This document shows positions 25,601 to 37,600 of a stretch of 64,000 bases of DNA, piece by piece. A program made the position numbers and the translations under genes. This DNA is from Amphiscolops sp. MND2022 (lineage: Eukaryota), in the NCBI GenBank assembly GCA_964187785.1, contig OZ076412.1:81716001-81780000 (forward strand). Reading direction: 5' to 3'. Positions within the stretch are counted from its first letter, which is position 1. Each line of letters begins with the position of its first letter. The notes beneath the pieces are model-generated. The model did not search any database. It was not told where the DNA came from and worked only from the letters and a program-made list of their open reading frames with translations.

Positions 25601-28600
25601 CATGTCCTTAGTACCTGTTACTATTGTCTATACTTAAAAAGCTGATCTTTATTCAGTACAAAAAGATTGATAGACGAATACAGTTTTATGTTGTGTAACT
25701 TTTGTCAAGCAAAGAGATTACAACATGGCACAGTCAGGCTAACTTACACTTAGCCAAGAACTATTACATACGATTCGAAAATGGACGAATCTCACAGCAC
25801 ACCACCCACGAATGGTGAACAATCTAACCGGTCACTGGACCAATCTTCAAGTACCCGGCAACCGCCCAATGAAACTTCAATGAGAACGGGCGAGCGGACT
25901 TGCACCCAAAAGCTATCTATACCAAGTCTGGCAAAATATGATAGCACAAAACGCAAATCTGTGGTGGCGAAAATTCGTCCAATATGTGAAAATGACGAAA
26001 GAAATCGACATCTCAACAATGGTAAATTCCAAAAAGATCTTACCACAATATCGGGAACAATTAGAAACCGAGATAAAAGACATCTTCCTTGGGGCAATTG
26101 GACAAAACGCCCTTACCGAAATGACCAAGACGGTAAGAGAAAGAGAACCGAGCTCTCTCCCACTACATAAACTATACACACTATTCCGGTTACATTACAC
26201 ACCGGAATGGAACGTACAACACAGCCGATCCGACTTCTTCGACCTGAAGAGAGAAAACGGAGAAACGGCAGCAGATGTATGGAAAAGAATTCTGGAAATC
26301 GAAAAGAACTGTGAATTCGAAAATATCACAGCCGCAGAATTACTTGCATCTAAATTCTTATCGCTCATAGGGAAGTCAACTGGAAATTATAGGTTGAAAA
26401 AGAAAATACGCAAGGGCGACATGTCAGTTGAAACAATAACAGACGCAATACACGAGTACATGTATGAAAAACTGAACGATTCTCCAGAAACTGACGAAGA
26501 AAAGAAAGTCAGACATGTAGAAAAGAGAAAAGTCAAACCCACAAAAGAACAAACGGAAAAAAACACAAAACTTAGAAGAATGGACTGCAACAGATGCGGA
26601 GCTCCCAATTGGTCCAAACAACACGAATGTCCGGCGAGAGGAAAGAAATGTGGCAAATGCGATAAACCCGGACACTTCGCTAAATGCTGCCGCTCATCGA
26701 AAAAAATCAACCATATAGCAGAAGAAACTTACAGTGCGGACGAAGATGACTGGACACCAGACAGAATACATTTGATACAACCAAAAATCCATTCACTGGC
26801 AACAAATAACAAGAACGGACCGCCGTTCTACATGAAAACGGTATTGGTTAATAACCGACCAATCAAATTCATAATTGACACAGGCTCACCAGTAACTCTT
26901 TTTCCAAAATCTAAATTCAACAAGGTGACAACACTCAATCCGATAACTGTAGATTATCGGGACGTGAATGACAATAAAATAAAATTCGAAGGAAAATCCA
27001 CCGCAAATGTTGAATTGAACGGTACAAAACACCAACTGGAAATACTGGTAACAACTAGAAACACCCACCCGTTACTAGGACTAGACTGGATGGGAAAATT
27101 GGGAATTACACTAGAGGTAGAAACCCCCAAAACAGAAATCAACCACATAACCAAGACGGGAAACACAGAGGACATAACGACACTAAAACGTAAGTTCCAC
27201 GAATTGTTTAACGAAAATCACACGGTAAATAACATAGTAGATATTCAATTAAAAGAAGGAGCGAAGCTTATCTAACAAAAGGGCAGACCAATTCCGATCC
27301 ATTTACAACCGGCGGTCGAAAAAGAGATAGAAAAACTAAAAGACCAAGGGCACATTGAAAAAGCAAATGATATCGACGAAACATGCTTCGTCAGCCCGGC
27401 GGTAATAACGATCAAAAAAGACAAATCGGTAAAAATAGCCCTGGACTCTCGGAAACTAAACGAGATAACGGTAAAAAGGAAAGCACAAATGCCAAACATG
27501 GAAGAATTGATTTTAAGAATCTCCAGGAAAATAGCCGACGGACCGGCAGACGAAATATGGATCTGAACGGCATTCCGAAAACTATTAGAACAAATAAAGC
27601 CACGGCATTTACCGGCCACACTTTTAGAGAGTTTTGTAAAAATCACCATATAAGACTCATATATGGGACACCATATATACACACCCCCACAGGGCTGGTC
27701 GAACGCGGCGTAAGGACACTAAAAGAGACAATGCTGACAAACATAAAAGCGGGCGAAAAATTCAACAAAGCGTTAGATATAGCCTTAAATGTGATGAGAA
27801 AAACACCCCACACGAGACTGGGAAAATCCGCTTTCGAACTACACTACGGACGAGAACCGAACATGGAAATCAGTAACCTTCTAAACCTAGATAAACTGAA
27901 AACTATAACAAACAATTGTTTTTCAGCAAAACCAGATACCTTACAGGTATATTCCTTCCACGGAGCTGGCGGTGCCTCTGACCAGCTACCGATGAAACAA
28001 AAGAAGGGACCAAAAGGAGTGAGTACTTACCCATTTCAATTTTTCGAGAAAAGAATAAATAAACCGAAATTTGAAAGCGCCTACTCAAATAAACTACAAA
28101 CTGCCGTATCGGGAACTAAGCGCACGGTTACAACCGCGGAAAATAAAATTCTACATAGAAAACACATTAGTAAACCAATCTCTGAATTTGCACAGGAACA
28201 GAACAACAGAGGTATGGGACTGAGAGGACCGGACGGCCGGTTCATAAAATCCCCCAGACTGACACAAGAAGCCAAATCAGACAGCGACTCGGAGAAGAGC
28301 AATCCAGCAACACCACAAATGGAAACTACTCAGATAACAGAGGACACACAATCTCGAAGCAACCCAACAACGCCAACCACAAAAACAAGTGGATCATTCG
28401 GAAGAGGGCGTCCAAAACTGGTCCGCAACAGACAAAGCCCTGGTTCACTTACCGGCTCAACGGACAGTCTCGGCCCTTTAACCATCATCACGGAGAACAT
28501 GACAGATACGGACATTGACCGTATCATTGAAGACGCCAAACAAAATGACACAGAACTTTTTATCAAAGACTTAAACGGTAAGGTAACTCATAATTACAAT

Positions 28601-31600
28601 AATACCGTTTACGGAGGGGAAGAAAATAAGGAGAAAAACAACTTAGAAACAGAAACCTCCGATCTAGAATTAATTAGTAACCTAAGTTCTAGCACCGAAA
28701 TAGAACAAGAAACAAAAGAACATAACCTACGTAGATCGAAGAGATTAACGAAAACAAACCCCATTATTAGATTCAATAATCCCATAACATCTGATTACAG
28801 GAAACACAGTAAACAGACTAAATGCCCAGAAGACACCAGAAACCGAGGAAGATACTCGGGAAAAGACCAGCAGTGTCGAATACTAAACGACACAACGGAA
28901 GGACCAGTCCAGGCAGAACAATTCAACCGGACAGCTGATGAAACGCGGACCACCGCGAACATACCAAAATTGCTATGGACGGAAAACCGCCATAAAGAAC
29001 AAGTCTCCCCCATTGGTCAACTATCATCCAATCGCGGAGGGGGGAGTGAAGTAGCAGCTAAAGAACTAGAATTAGAGGACAAACCATAGACAGACATTAT
29101 CATTGTTTGATATCATTATACTTAATTGTCTACATGTCCTTAGTACCTGTTAGTATTGTCTATACTTAAAAAGCTGATCTTTATTCAGTACAAAAAGATT
29201 GATAGACGAATACAGTTTTATGTTGTGTAACTTTTGTCAAGCAAAGAGATTACAACAATAGTGTAGAAGGACTGTACAAAAGTTTGTTCGAATCGTATGG
29301 ACAGTTTTTGAGAAACTCGGAAAAAATTGAAAAGTGACTGTTTTCTGGTCATTTTTGGGCTAAATTTGGCTATGTTTCTCACATCCCAGCCATACGATTT
29401 TGATGCCATTGCACATATAGGACTTTAATATGGTGTAGAATGACTGTAGAAAATTTTGTTCGAATCGTATGGACAGTTTTTGAGAAAACTGAAAAAAGTC
29501 GAAAAATGGCTGTTTTTGGGCTATTTTTGGCCATTTTTGGGATAATTTTGGCTATGTTTCTCACATTCCAGTCGTAAGATTTTGATGCCTTTGAGCACGC
29601 AGGGGCCCCTTTGGGTGTAGAATGACTGTGCAAAATTTTATGAAAATCGTATGGAGTTTTTGAGAAATTCGAAATTTTCATAAATAGGTCGGGAGAAAAA
29701 AACGACACGATTGGATAAGTAGTCGAAAATTTTTTTCTGACTCCTAAAAAGCGATAAAATTGTTTCATTTTTTTGAAAAAAAGTTTCCGCAATGTCCCCT
29801 TATGTCAAAAAAGTCTAAGGTGGCCCGCAATGCTCGTCAAACGATTTTTTTTCTGCTACAAATCAAGGGGGCACTTGTGTTTTAAAAATTTTGGGGAAAA
29901 GTGGCATAGTGACGAACAAAATTCAATAGGAGACCCTTTGGTCTCCTCTCTACTTTTGCAAGTATATAAAATTTTTGATTTAGTGCGAGGCTCGAACACA
30001 CGCACTCCTGCTGCTTCTCGGACATCGTCTTTACGAAATCCGAAATCGACTTTAGACCAAGTGTTGTTTAGAAGATACCAAATTCTGTATTAATTATAAG
30101 TTAAATATGTCACTTCGCGCTCTTTAAAAGTCACTGCTATAGTCGGCTTTTACCTCGTAAGCGTTGACTAAAAACCAAAAAATTGATGAATTGGAGATTC
30201 TTCCTTTGCTCTAGAAAACCGAAATTTTTAAAAAAATGCTGACTTATTTGAAATGATGCGATCAAAAAATTGGTAACTAACTTCTGATAATAACGGTACA
30301 ACTCGTTTCACTTCTTCCGTACTGATTCATAGCGACACACTTGTACACTCCGCTGTCTTTTAGAATGACGTCATTGATCACCAGTCTCGTCCACCAATCA
30401 TTGCTCACTTCGAGGTTTAGTCGTGAAGTTTCTTCGATCGGCACGTCGTTCTTCAACCACATAACTTGCTCGGGAATTCGGTCGGGGTCCAATTGACACA
30501 TAAGACAAATCGTAGATTCCTCCAAGTTTTCACAGGAAGAAAGCTCAGTTAAAAACACAGGCTTGAGTTCTTCTGAATAGTCTGAAACCAAATTGAAAGT
30601 AATGTTTATGTAATTTGTTAGTTAATGTTTTACAGTTTTCTGCCGCTGATATGGTTTCAGTTTGCAAAAAACAAGTGTTTTTGTGTAAATATTTTTGTTA
30701 TTAATTTCAAATCGCGTTAGCTGTTTTACAAAGCCGCGCAAAACCTTACAAAGTTGTGAATTTTGCTTCTAAAGGTTAAGCGTTTTTGGTATATGTGTTT
30801 CTTGTTTGAAAGTTTTGGTTAACAATTTTAAATTGGTTCAAAAATCCCAGTTTGATGCATTTTGAACATTGCAGAAAATTTCAGATAGTTTAAAAACTGC
30901 ACGCTTGGTTACATTCTGAACGACTGTATCACTCTGCAAAAATGGTCTGAAAAATTTGAAGTTTGAAGCAAACTTTCAATTTGGGTATGAGTGTTCAAAA
31001 CACTATAGACTTTTTTCAACTTTGCGTATTCTCGCAACGTTTCATAGCCAGTTTTTGTGAGAGGCATTTCAAGGTTCGTAGGTTTACAAATTGGAGTTTG
31101 CTGAATTTATTGTTCTAGTTCTTGGTAATAAAAATATAAAACTAAATAAAATTTGACAGTTTTTTGTTCAGAACTTCTTTGACGGATTCTGCCAACTAAT
31201 CTATTCAGTGTGAAAACTATAGTATCAAATGATTTCGTAGCACTAAGAACATGAATACGATGTTTACCAACATAGTCTAGGATGCAAAACATAAACTTCA
31301 TTTGATATGAAATGTTACTGGTATTTTATTGTCTCAGTTTGATTGGCAGAGTTTCCGAATATATCGGTTCGGTATGAACACAGTATAACATTTATGACAC
31401 TGTTTTCTATTTTTTGTCTCTATACTTTTCGGGCCGATGTTTAAAGGCTGCTCCATTACTTTTTCTCCGGACGTCTTAGCTTAATTTAAGAATAGAAACG
31501 TCCAACTATTTCTAGAAAAGATTCAACCGAAAGTTTTGGAAAGACTTCAGATGAATGTCAACACGAAATTTGAGCTTTGTTGATTTCAATGTAAGGGGGC

Positions 31601-34600
31601 CTATTTATAAGCAAGTTTTTTCATCTGTGAACAAGATCACGGTTATTTTACCTTGGGCTGATTCACTCTGTTTCTTTTTCTCGCCATATTACGCAATATT
31701 ACAACTCTTGAATCTACACTGGAACCTTCAAGTTTTTCCATGAAACATTTTCACGGTAATTGGTACGTACTCACTTAAGTTTAAGTTTCCAGCTCTTTTC
31801 GAGCCAATTTTTCATTGTCTCGATAAATGTTTTGAAAGTCTTGAGAAAAAACACATTTTCATCAAAACTTTCATATTATATATTCCAAGTACTGCAAGTT
31901 CTATTTTAATCCATATTAGGAAGTAGAAACAAGCCGGGACCGGCCCAAGTCGGCACCATATCTAAGGCTCAAAAATAGCAAAAGGACTTCAAAGTGACAA
32001 GTATTCTCTTCCACAGCATGAGGAAAAAATTGAGAAAAAACCCGAATTTTTTTCGAATTTTTTTCGGTCTTCTGTAAGTCGCATAGTGCCGAAAAATGTG
32101 GAAGGGGGGCTTTGGGAGTTTTTGAACATCCATTCTTTTGCAAGATAGAAAAAAATGAAAGGGGGACCCTTTGGAGACATTAAAAAAAGTTGCCAAAAAA
32201 GTCTCACAAAGCCGAAATAACCTGCAAAAAAATTTTTGGTCAAGGGCAGGGCTCGAACTCACGTCCTTCTGCTTGGCAGACCGCAAAAAATCCTCAAAAA
32301 ATCAGAAGCTGAAGAAGCTACATTAGTGTGGCAAATAGTGGAAGCCAGCTTAAAAGCTTATAAAAAACTGCCACTTCGTTGGTCTTAGAAAAAAGAAAAG
32401 TCACTACTATAGTCTGCGTTTTTCTACGAAAAGCGCCGACTAAAAAATGACTATTTGGAAGAGCGAGTGGATAATCTAAAGGATTGATAATATTGCATGC
32501 AGCTAAATTTCAGCTAGTTATCGAATTCTTTGTGTCGTTAAAAATTTTATGGAAGAAAATAGCGACAACTCATATCAAGCGACAACTCATATCAGGCGAC
32601 TACTCATATCAATTTGGAAATGCGACAACTCATATCAATTGGATAAAAAGTGACAACTCAATTCAGGTTTGCCAATAGGTTACAATTTTAAGAACAATTT
32701 AAATTTAACTGCAATTAAAAATTCTAGTAATTTATTTGTAATTATTTCGCATTTTAGGCAATCTACCCACGATTATTTTCTCCGCAACCTTTTGAAAGAA
32801 GGTGTGATAAGGAACTGATTATCCATGACATTAATATTCACCATGAAATCTTGTAACTATTTTATAATTTCAAGTAATTACCTGTCAATTATCTGATTTC
32901 CTCTAATTATTTAATGATCTATTTTGAAGAAGTTTCGTTTCATATATTCCATTTTACTAATGATATGAGCTTTGATTGATATGAGTTATCGCTTGATAAG
33001 AGTTGTCGCTTGATATGAGTTGTTGCCGTACGGGTTTGTAGCAACAAGATGTCCTCTTTCATCATTTGTGTATTTCCGCAGCCAGAGAAATTTGATTATA
33101 GAACTCAAAAGTCGAGATTCCTTGAACATGCTACATGGAAACATGCAGGCTAACTTTTTTTTACAAAATATGGAAAACTCCGCGAGCCAGCTTGGGAACA
33201 TTTTGTAGGATTACAATGCAGCTTCCACTATTTCAAATAAAACTGAAAACACATTACCACATTAACTTCTTCACCGCCGCCATCACTTTGTTTTCACGCG
33301 TACATTTATCAAGTAAGTACCTTATGTAATCACCATTAGTCAAATAGCACGCTGAAAATGACGCTACTTTGGAACTTATAATGTGATTGAAGTTTTTTTG
33401 CAATAAAATCGCGGTAAAATTGATGAAGGTATCAGCTGGCAAAATTTTTGGAAGATAGTTGCCAGTATTCCCAGTACTTACAAACATTAGTCCGAAAAGT
33501 TTCAGCAGAAAATTTTTTATTACCATTTAAAGTAGGAAATAGTGTTTTTTGGTCGGCGCTTCATGAAGTTCATGAAGTGAAACGCGACTATTATAGTGAC
33601 TCATTTTTTTTCAATCCACACGAATTGACCAAAATAGTTCTTAAAAGTTCAACAAAATTAAATGGTCCCAAATTGAATCATTTGTCCTAGCGAACTGAAC
33701 TAATTTTTTTTCCTCTTTTTCCGCGTAACATACTGTCGCAATCTTGTTCTGAGGTCTGGGAGTCCGTAGAGATCTCCCTATTCAAACCTCTATGACTGCT
33801 GAATTTCTTATCTATTTTCATGTTGTTTTGTTGGTCATGAGGGCCTAACTGTCCTCCTGAACTGTTATCTGGTCTGGTGGACTTGTGGGCCGAAACACCG
33901 CTATAACATTTAGAGCCTTTGTCCGGTCCTGGAGACTTGTAGTCCGCTTGACCATATTGTTCCCCTGAGCTGCTGCCCGGTCTATGGGACTGGTGGTCAG
34001 TCTGACCTGAACAGACTCTATGGTCTCTATCTAGTCCCCTGGACCAGTGGGACGTGTGACTAGATTGGTCTCTTTGGCCCTTATTAAGTCTAATGGACCA
34101 GTGGTCCACACTATTTGAACGTTCTCTCAGGCCCACGTTAAGTCTTTGGGACTGGCGGTCCATATGACCAAAGCGATACTCGGGGCTCCTGTTTAGTCTA
34201 CCGGACTGTGAGTCCCTAATTGCGTCAGATTCAGGATTTTGAACCCCTAGTACGTTTTGAATGCTTGGAGGTACCTTTTCAGTAATTGCCGAGTTGATAA
34301 CTTCCAAAATTTGGGAATTTAAATCACTTCTAATCTCATCCAGTTTTCTGGTCATTTGGGACGTGATTTCATTATTTATCAGTCTTGCTGTCTCAATGGT
34401 AATTTCACTGTTTTCCCTACTATTTGTATTAATTAGTGACCTGAAGTCTTCACTAATAGGATTTGCAGTTTGAGGGCCATTGGACTCAAGGTCCAACTCA
34501 GTCTCTCTTTCTCCTAGCTGACAATCTAATTCGTTTCTGAAATAATTTCCTAACATTATATCTACATTCTCTAAGTCGGACATCACGTCAGATTGTCTTG

Positions 34601-37600
34601 ACCTTTTCTCCCTAGCCTTTTGTTTTCTCGTCGAAGGCATTTAAAGAATTTATTGCTCAGCAAAGATTGTATTGAGCTTTTATCGGTTAACTAAGCTTGA
34701 ACTGAGAGAAAATGAATAGAACAGAACAATAACAAAGATTGATCAATGAACAGCAATTTGTGATTTCTGGTTTTCGTCGTCGTATTCAAAGTTGTGTCCT
34801 TTAGACAAGGAGGACCAGCTATTTATACTAAATAGTGCATGACAAGCATAATTTCAGTGATCATGTTACTAAAAATAGCAACTCAATTAGGTCAAAGTGA
34901 CCCTAGGTCCTGACGTCTACATTGCGTCATTATTAGATCATATCTAAAAATAGCATCGTTTGGGATGAGGGTCTGTGAATGGGAGAATGGGATAAGGACT
35001 GACAGGCGGCTTGCCTTTCAAGCCACGTTGCGCGTAGCTTGAAAGGTCAACGCTTGTTTGCACATACGCTTATGCAAATATTACGTCATTGCGGACCGGT
35101 GGTCCATCCGACTAAATATCGTTAGCAACTACAGCACTGCGGACTGGTAGTCCGTTTGACTAAATACATGTACTACATGTTGAACAAGCAGATTAAATGA
35201 ATAATGAATACCAGCACATGATTGGTTAATAATCAAAATGGACTGCGCGTCAAATTGACCAAAGTGGATTTCACTTTGAACGCGTTTCCTTTATTGCACA
35301 GAGCTTAATTACAGTACTTGTTATTATTCCAACAAACATCAAATCGTTTTCTGGTTTACATTAATACTAGTATATATTACATGTCTAATAACAGTGATCT
35401 AAGATAATTTACATACTAAACATACTAATTCAAGTCCAAAAGTTTAGGGCAACGGGACCAATGGTCCAACTAATTACAGTGGTAGGACTCCGGGTATGTA
35501 GGACAAATGACTGTCGTTAGGGACCACTTGGTACTTGTTTCCGTCACAGTCGGCAGCCTGCGACACTCCCCGGGGGACAAGAATGAAGGAGCCTGCCTGC
35601 ATACCCGCTTGAAAAGCATTCCTACGTCTCAATCGCGTCTGATAGGACTCGCCGTCTATGTGCGTTTGTTCCAAGAAGTTGAACAGAATTTCTTCTTTGA
35701 TCGTGTCAAAAGATTTTCCACATACATAGCAATCTCCGTGGTGAACAATATTAGGCTCGCCACAAGCCCCACTGGTACTCACTGCTACGCCCGTTATATG
35801 GTCATTATCAGGCCAACGGGGGTATTGTTCAGTTGTCCAAGGGGTATCAAAATTGCCGACGTATGAGCCTTGCTCATGTATAGGCGGAGATTGGGGGGTA
35901 TCAGGAATGGGTTCCAGCTGGCTGCAGTGGGCAATGGGTCGCTGGTTTAATGGTTTAAAGCTCTCACTTGGGGGACTCTGGCCCAATACTAAGTCAACCA
36001 AATCACTAGGCGGATTGTCATCTGAGTATGAAGGTCCATACAGGGCTTCGGCAATAGACAGGTCATCAAGGCCTCCTGGGAGTTCTGTCGTCATGAATCT
36101 CCCGGTTACAGTTTGTGGCTCAAAGGGATGTTCTTCTCTGTAGCAGGCCAACACCTCGATGTCACTGTCTTGGTTGTCGTCCCTCACGGAGGTTTGTGAC
36201 GGGTCATCAATCTCCATTTCTTCGTCAGAGGACAAATAACTCAAACTAACGATCGGTTGGATTAGATCATCAACAGTAAACTGAAGGGCCATTTCCAAGT
36301 TGTATTTTCTCAGAAGGAGTTTTTTAGCAATTGTTGAAAGTGATTGTGAGTAACTGAATTGTAGATCGGAGTGAAAAATAGTGAGCGTTTCAGTCAAGAA
36401 GCCTTCGAGGTAAAATTCATAAAATTCGCGGGAGATCCCGGCGGGAAATTTACCCGCGAGTCTTTTTGATTACCTTCTGGTCTTCCCGTTAAGGTAAGGT
36501 TTCATCTTGTTGCACATCTATTCAAAACGCAGTTTCTCTAGTTGATAAGCCCTTGAGGCCAACTCAAGTATTTACTCACAATATCAGAGAGGTGTTAATA
36601 ACTCGAGTAAGTGTTTATCATCACTAAATTATTGTCAACAAACTTCTTCAAAGGGCAGCGGTCTGCTCGTCTATTACATATCAATAAACCAATGAGTCTT
36701 TGCCTTAATCATGACTGAGATTATGAATGAAATAGTAAAGATGAAGAAAATCCATGAAATAATGGCGATATGGACATTAATAATAAAATAGTGTTATTAT
36801 TTCTAATAAAAGGGAAAACAATTATGTCATGTACTTCACTGGCAGTCTCAGTAACACTTGATTAGTACATCTATTACGTAATAGTATTAATTAACGTAAG
36901 TAGGTAATGTATGCATGTGAGTACGGATTAACAATACTACTTAAGCCACGACGTCCATTAGACTTAAAGCACGCATTCGTAGCGTTCAAGTATAAGCAGT
37001 CTGAAGTATAGTCCGCGGTACTAACAGTCCAGTGGCAATTAACATTAAGTATCGATTTGCTAATCTGGAACTACGTTTAATTGAGTTGAAAGTAATGTAA
37101 ACCAGGAGTCAACAATCGTTTACGTTCAGCTATTCTTTTCATCGATTTTGAATTGATTTGTTACGAAGTGTGCTCCGCTATCAAGTCCTCAATACTAGTA
37201 GCCTTATACAGTCTGACCTACAGCCTTGTGGTCCCTTGGATCAGACTACTCCTCCCTATTTATCGTCTCCTTCAGCCTCATACGACATTTTCCCAAGCAG
37301 TAGTCAACTACGCTGTAAACAACAGAGGATAGCAATCTGCTCACGGCTTCACGGAAAACGAATTCTGGTCCACCGTCATGGCAGTCCCATCAGGTTGGTT
37401 CTTTTTAATTTGTTAAAATCAAGCCTGATCAGGGCTTTCTTTTAACTAAGTGCTTCCTCCATTGTGAAATGATAACACGCCGCATGAACGCGTTGAGTTG
37501 GACTTACTTCCGGAAGATTTTCTAAGCGGTGAAATGGATAGATTTGCAGGAAGCGAACCGCGATTATTCATATCTTTTCGTTTAGATAATGAAAAACTTG

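Larger units (their letters stand above)
25330..29690 (+). repeat. Tandem about 170-185-bp repeat array (about 4 units) split by the Gypsy insertion at 25515-29257
   Basis: The unit ggtgtagaatgactgtag..gttcgaatcgtatggacagttttt..ttttggctatgtttctca recurs at about 25338, 29263, 29432 and 29614. Confidence 0.8.

Noticed and set aside
27383-29089. Continuous 568-aa protein from the ORF track
   Set aside because: The first about 60 aa are an off-frame reading of the RT fragment; real integrase similarity starts only at the deletion junction (about 27563).
33687-34640. Independent 317-aa gene
   Set aside because: It is the 3' LTR duplicate of the gag N-terminus, ending in flanking sequence.
35474-36397. 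env gene
   Set aside because: It is in the env position and has an RLRR motif, but it has no signal peptide or transmembrane segment and is too short and acidic.
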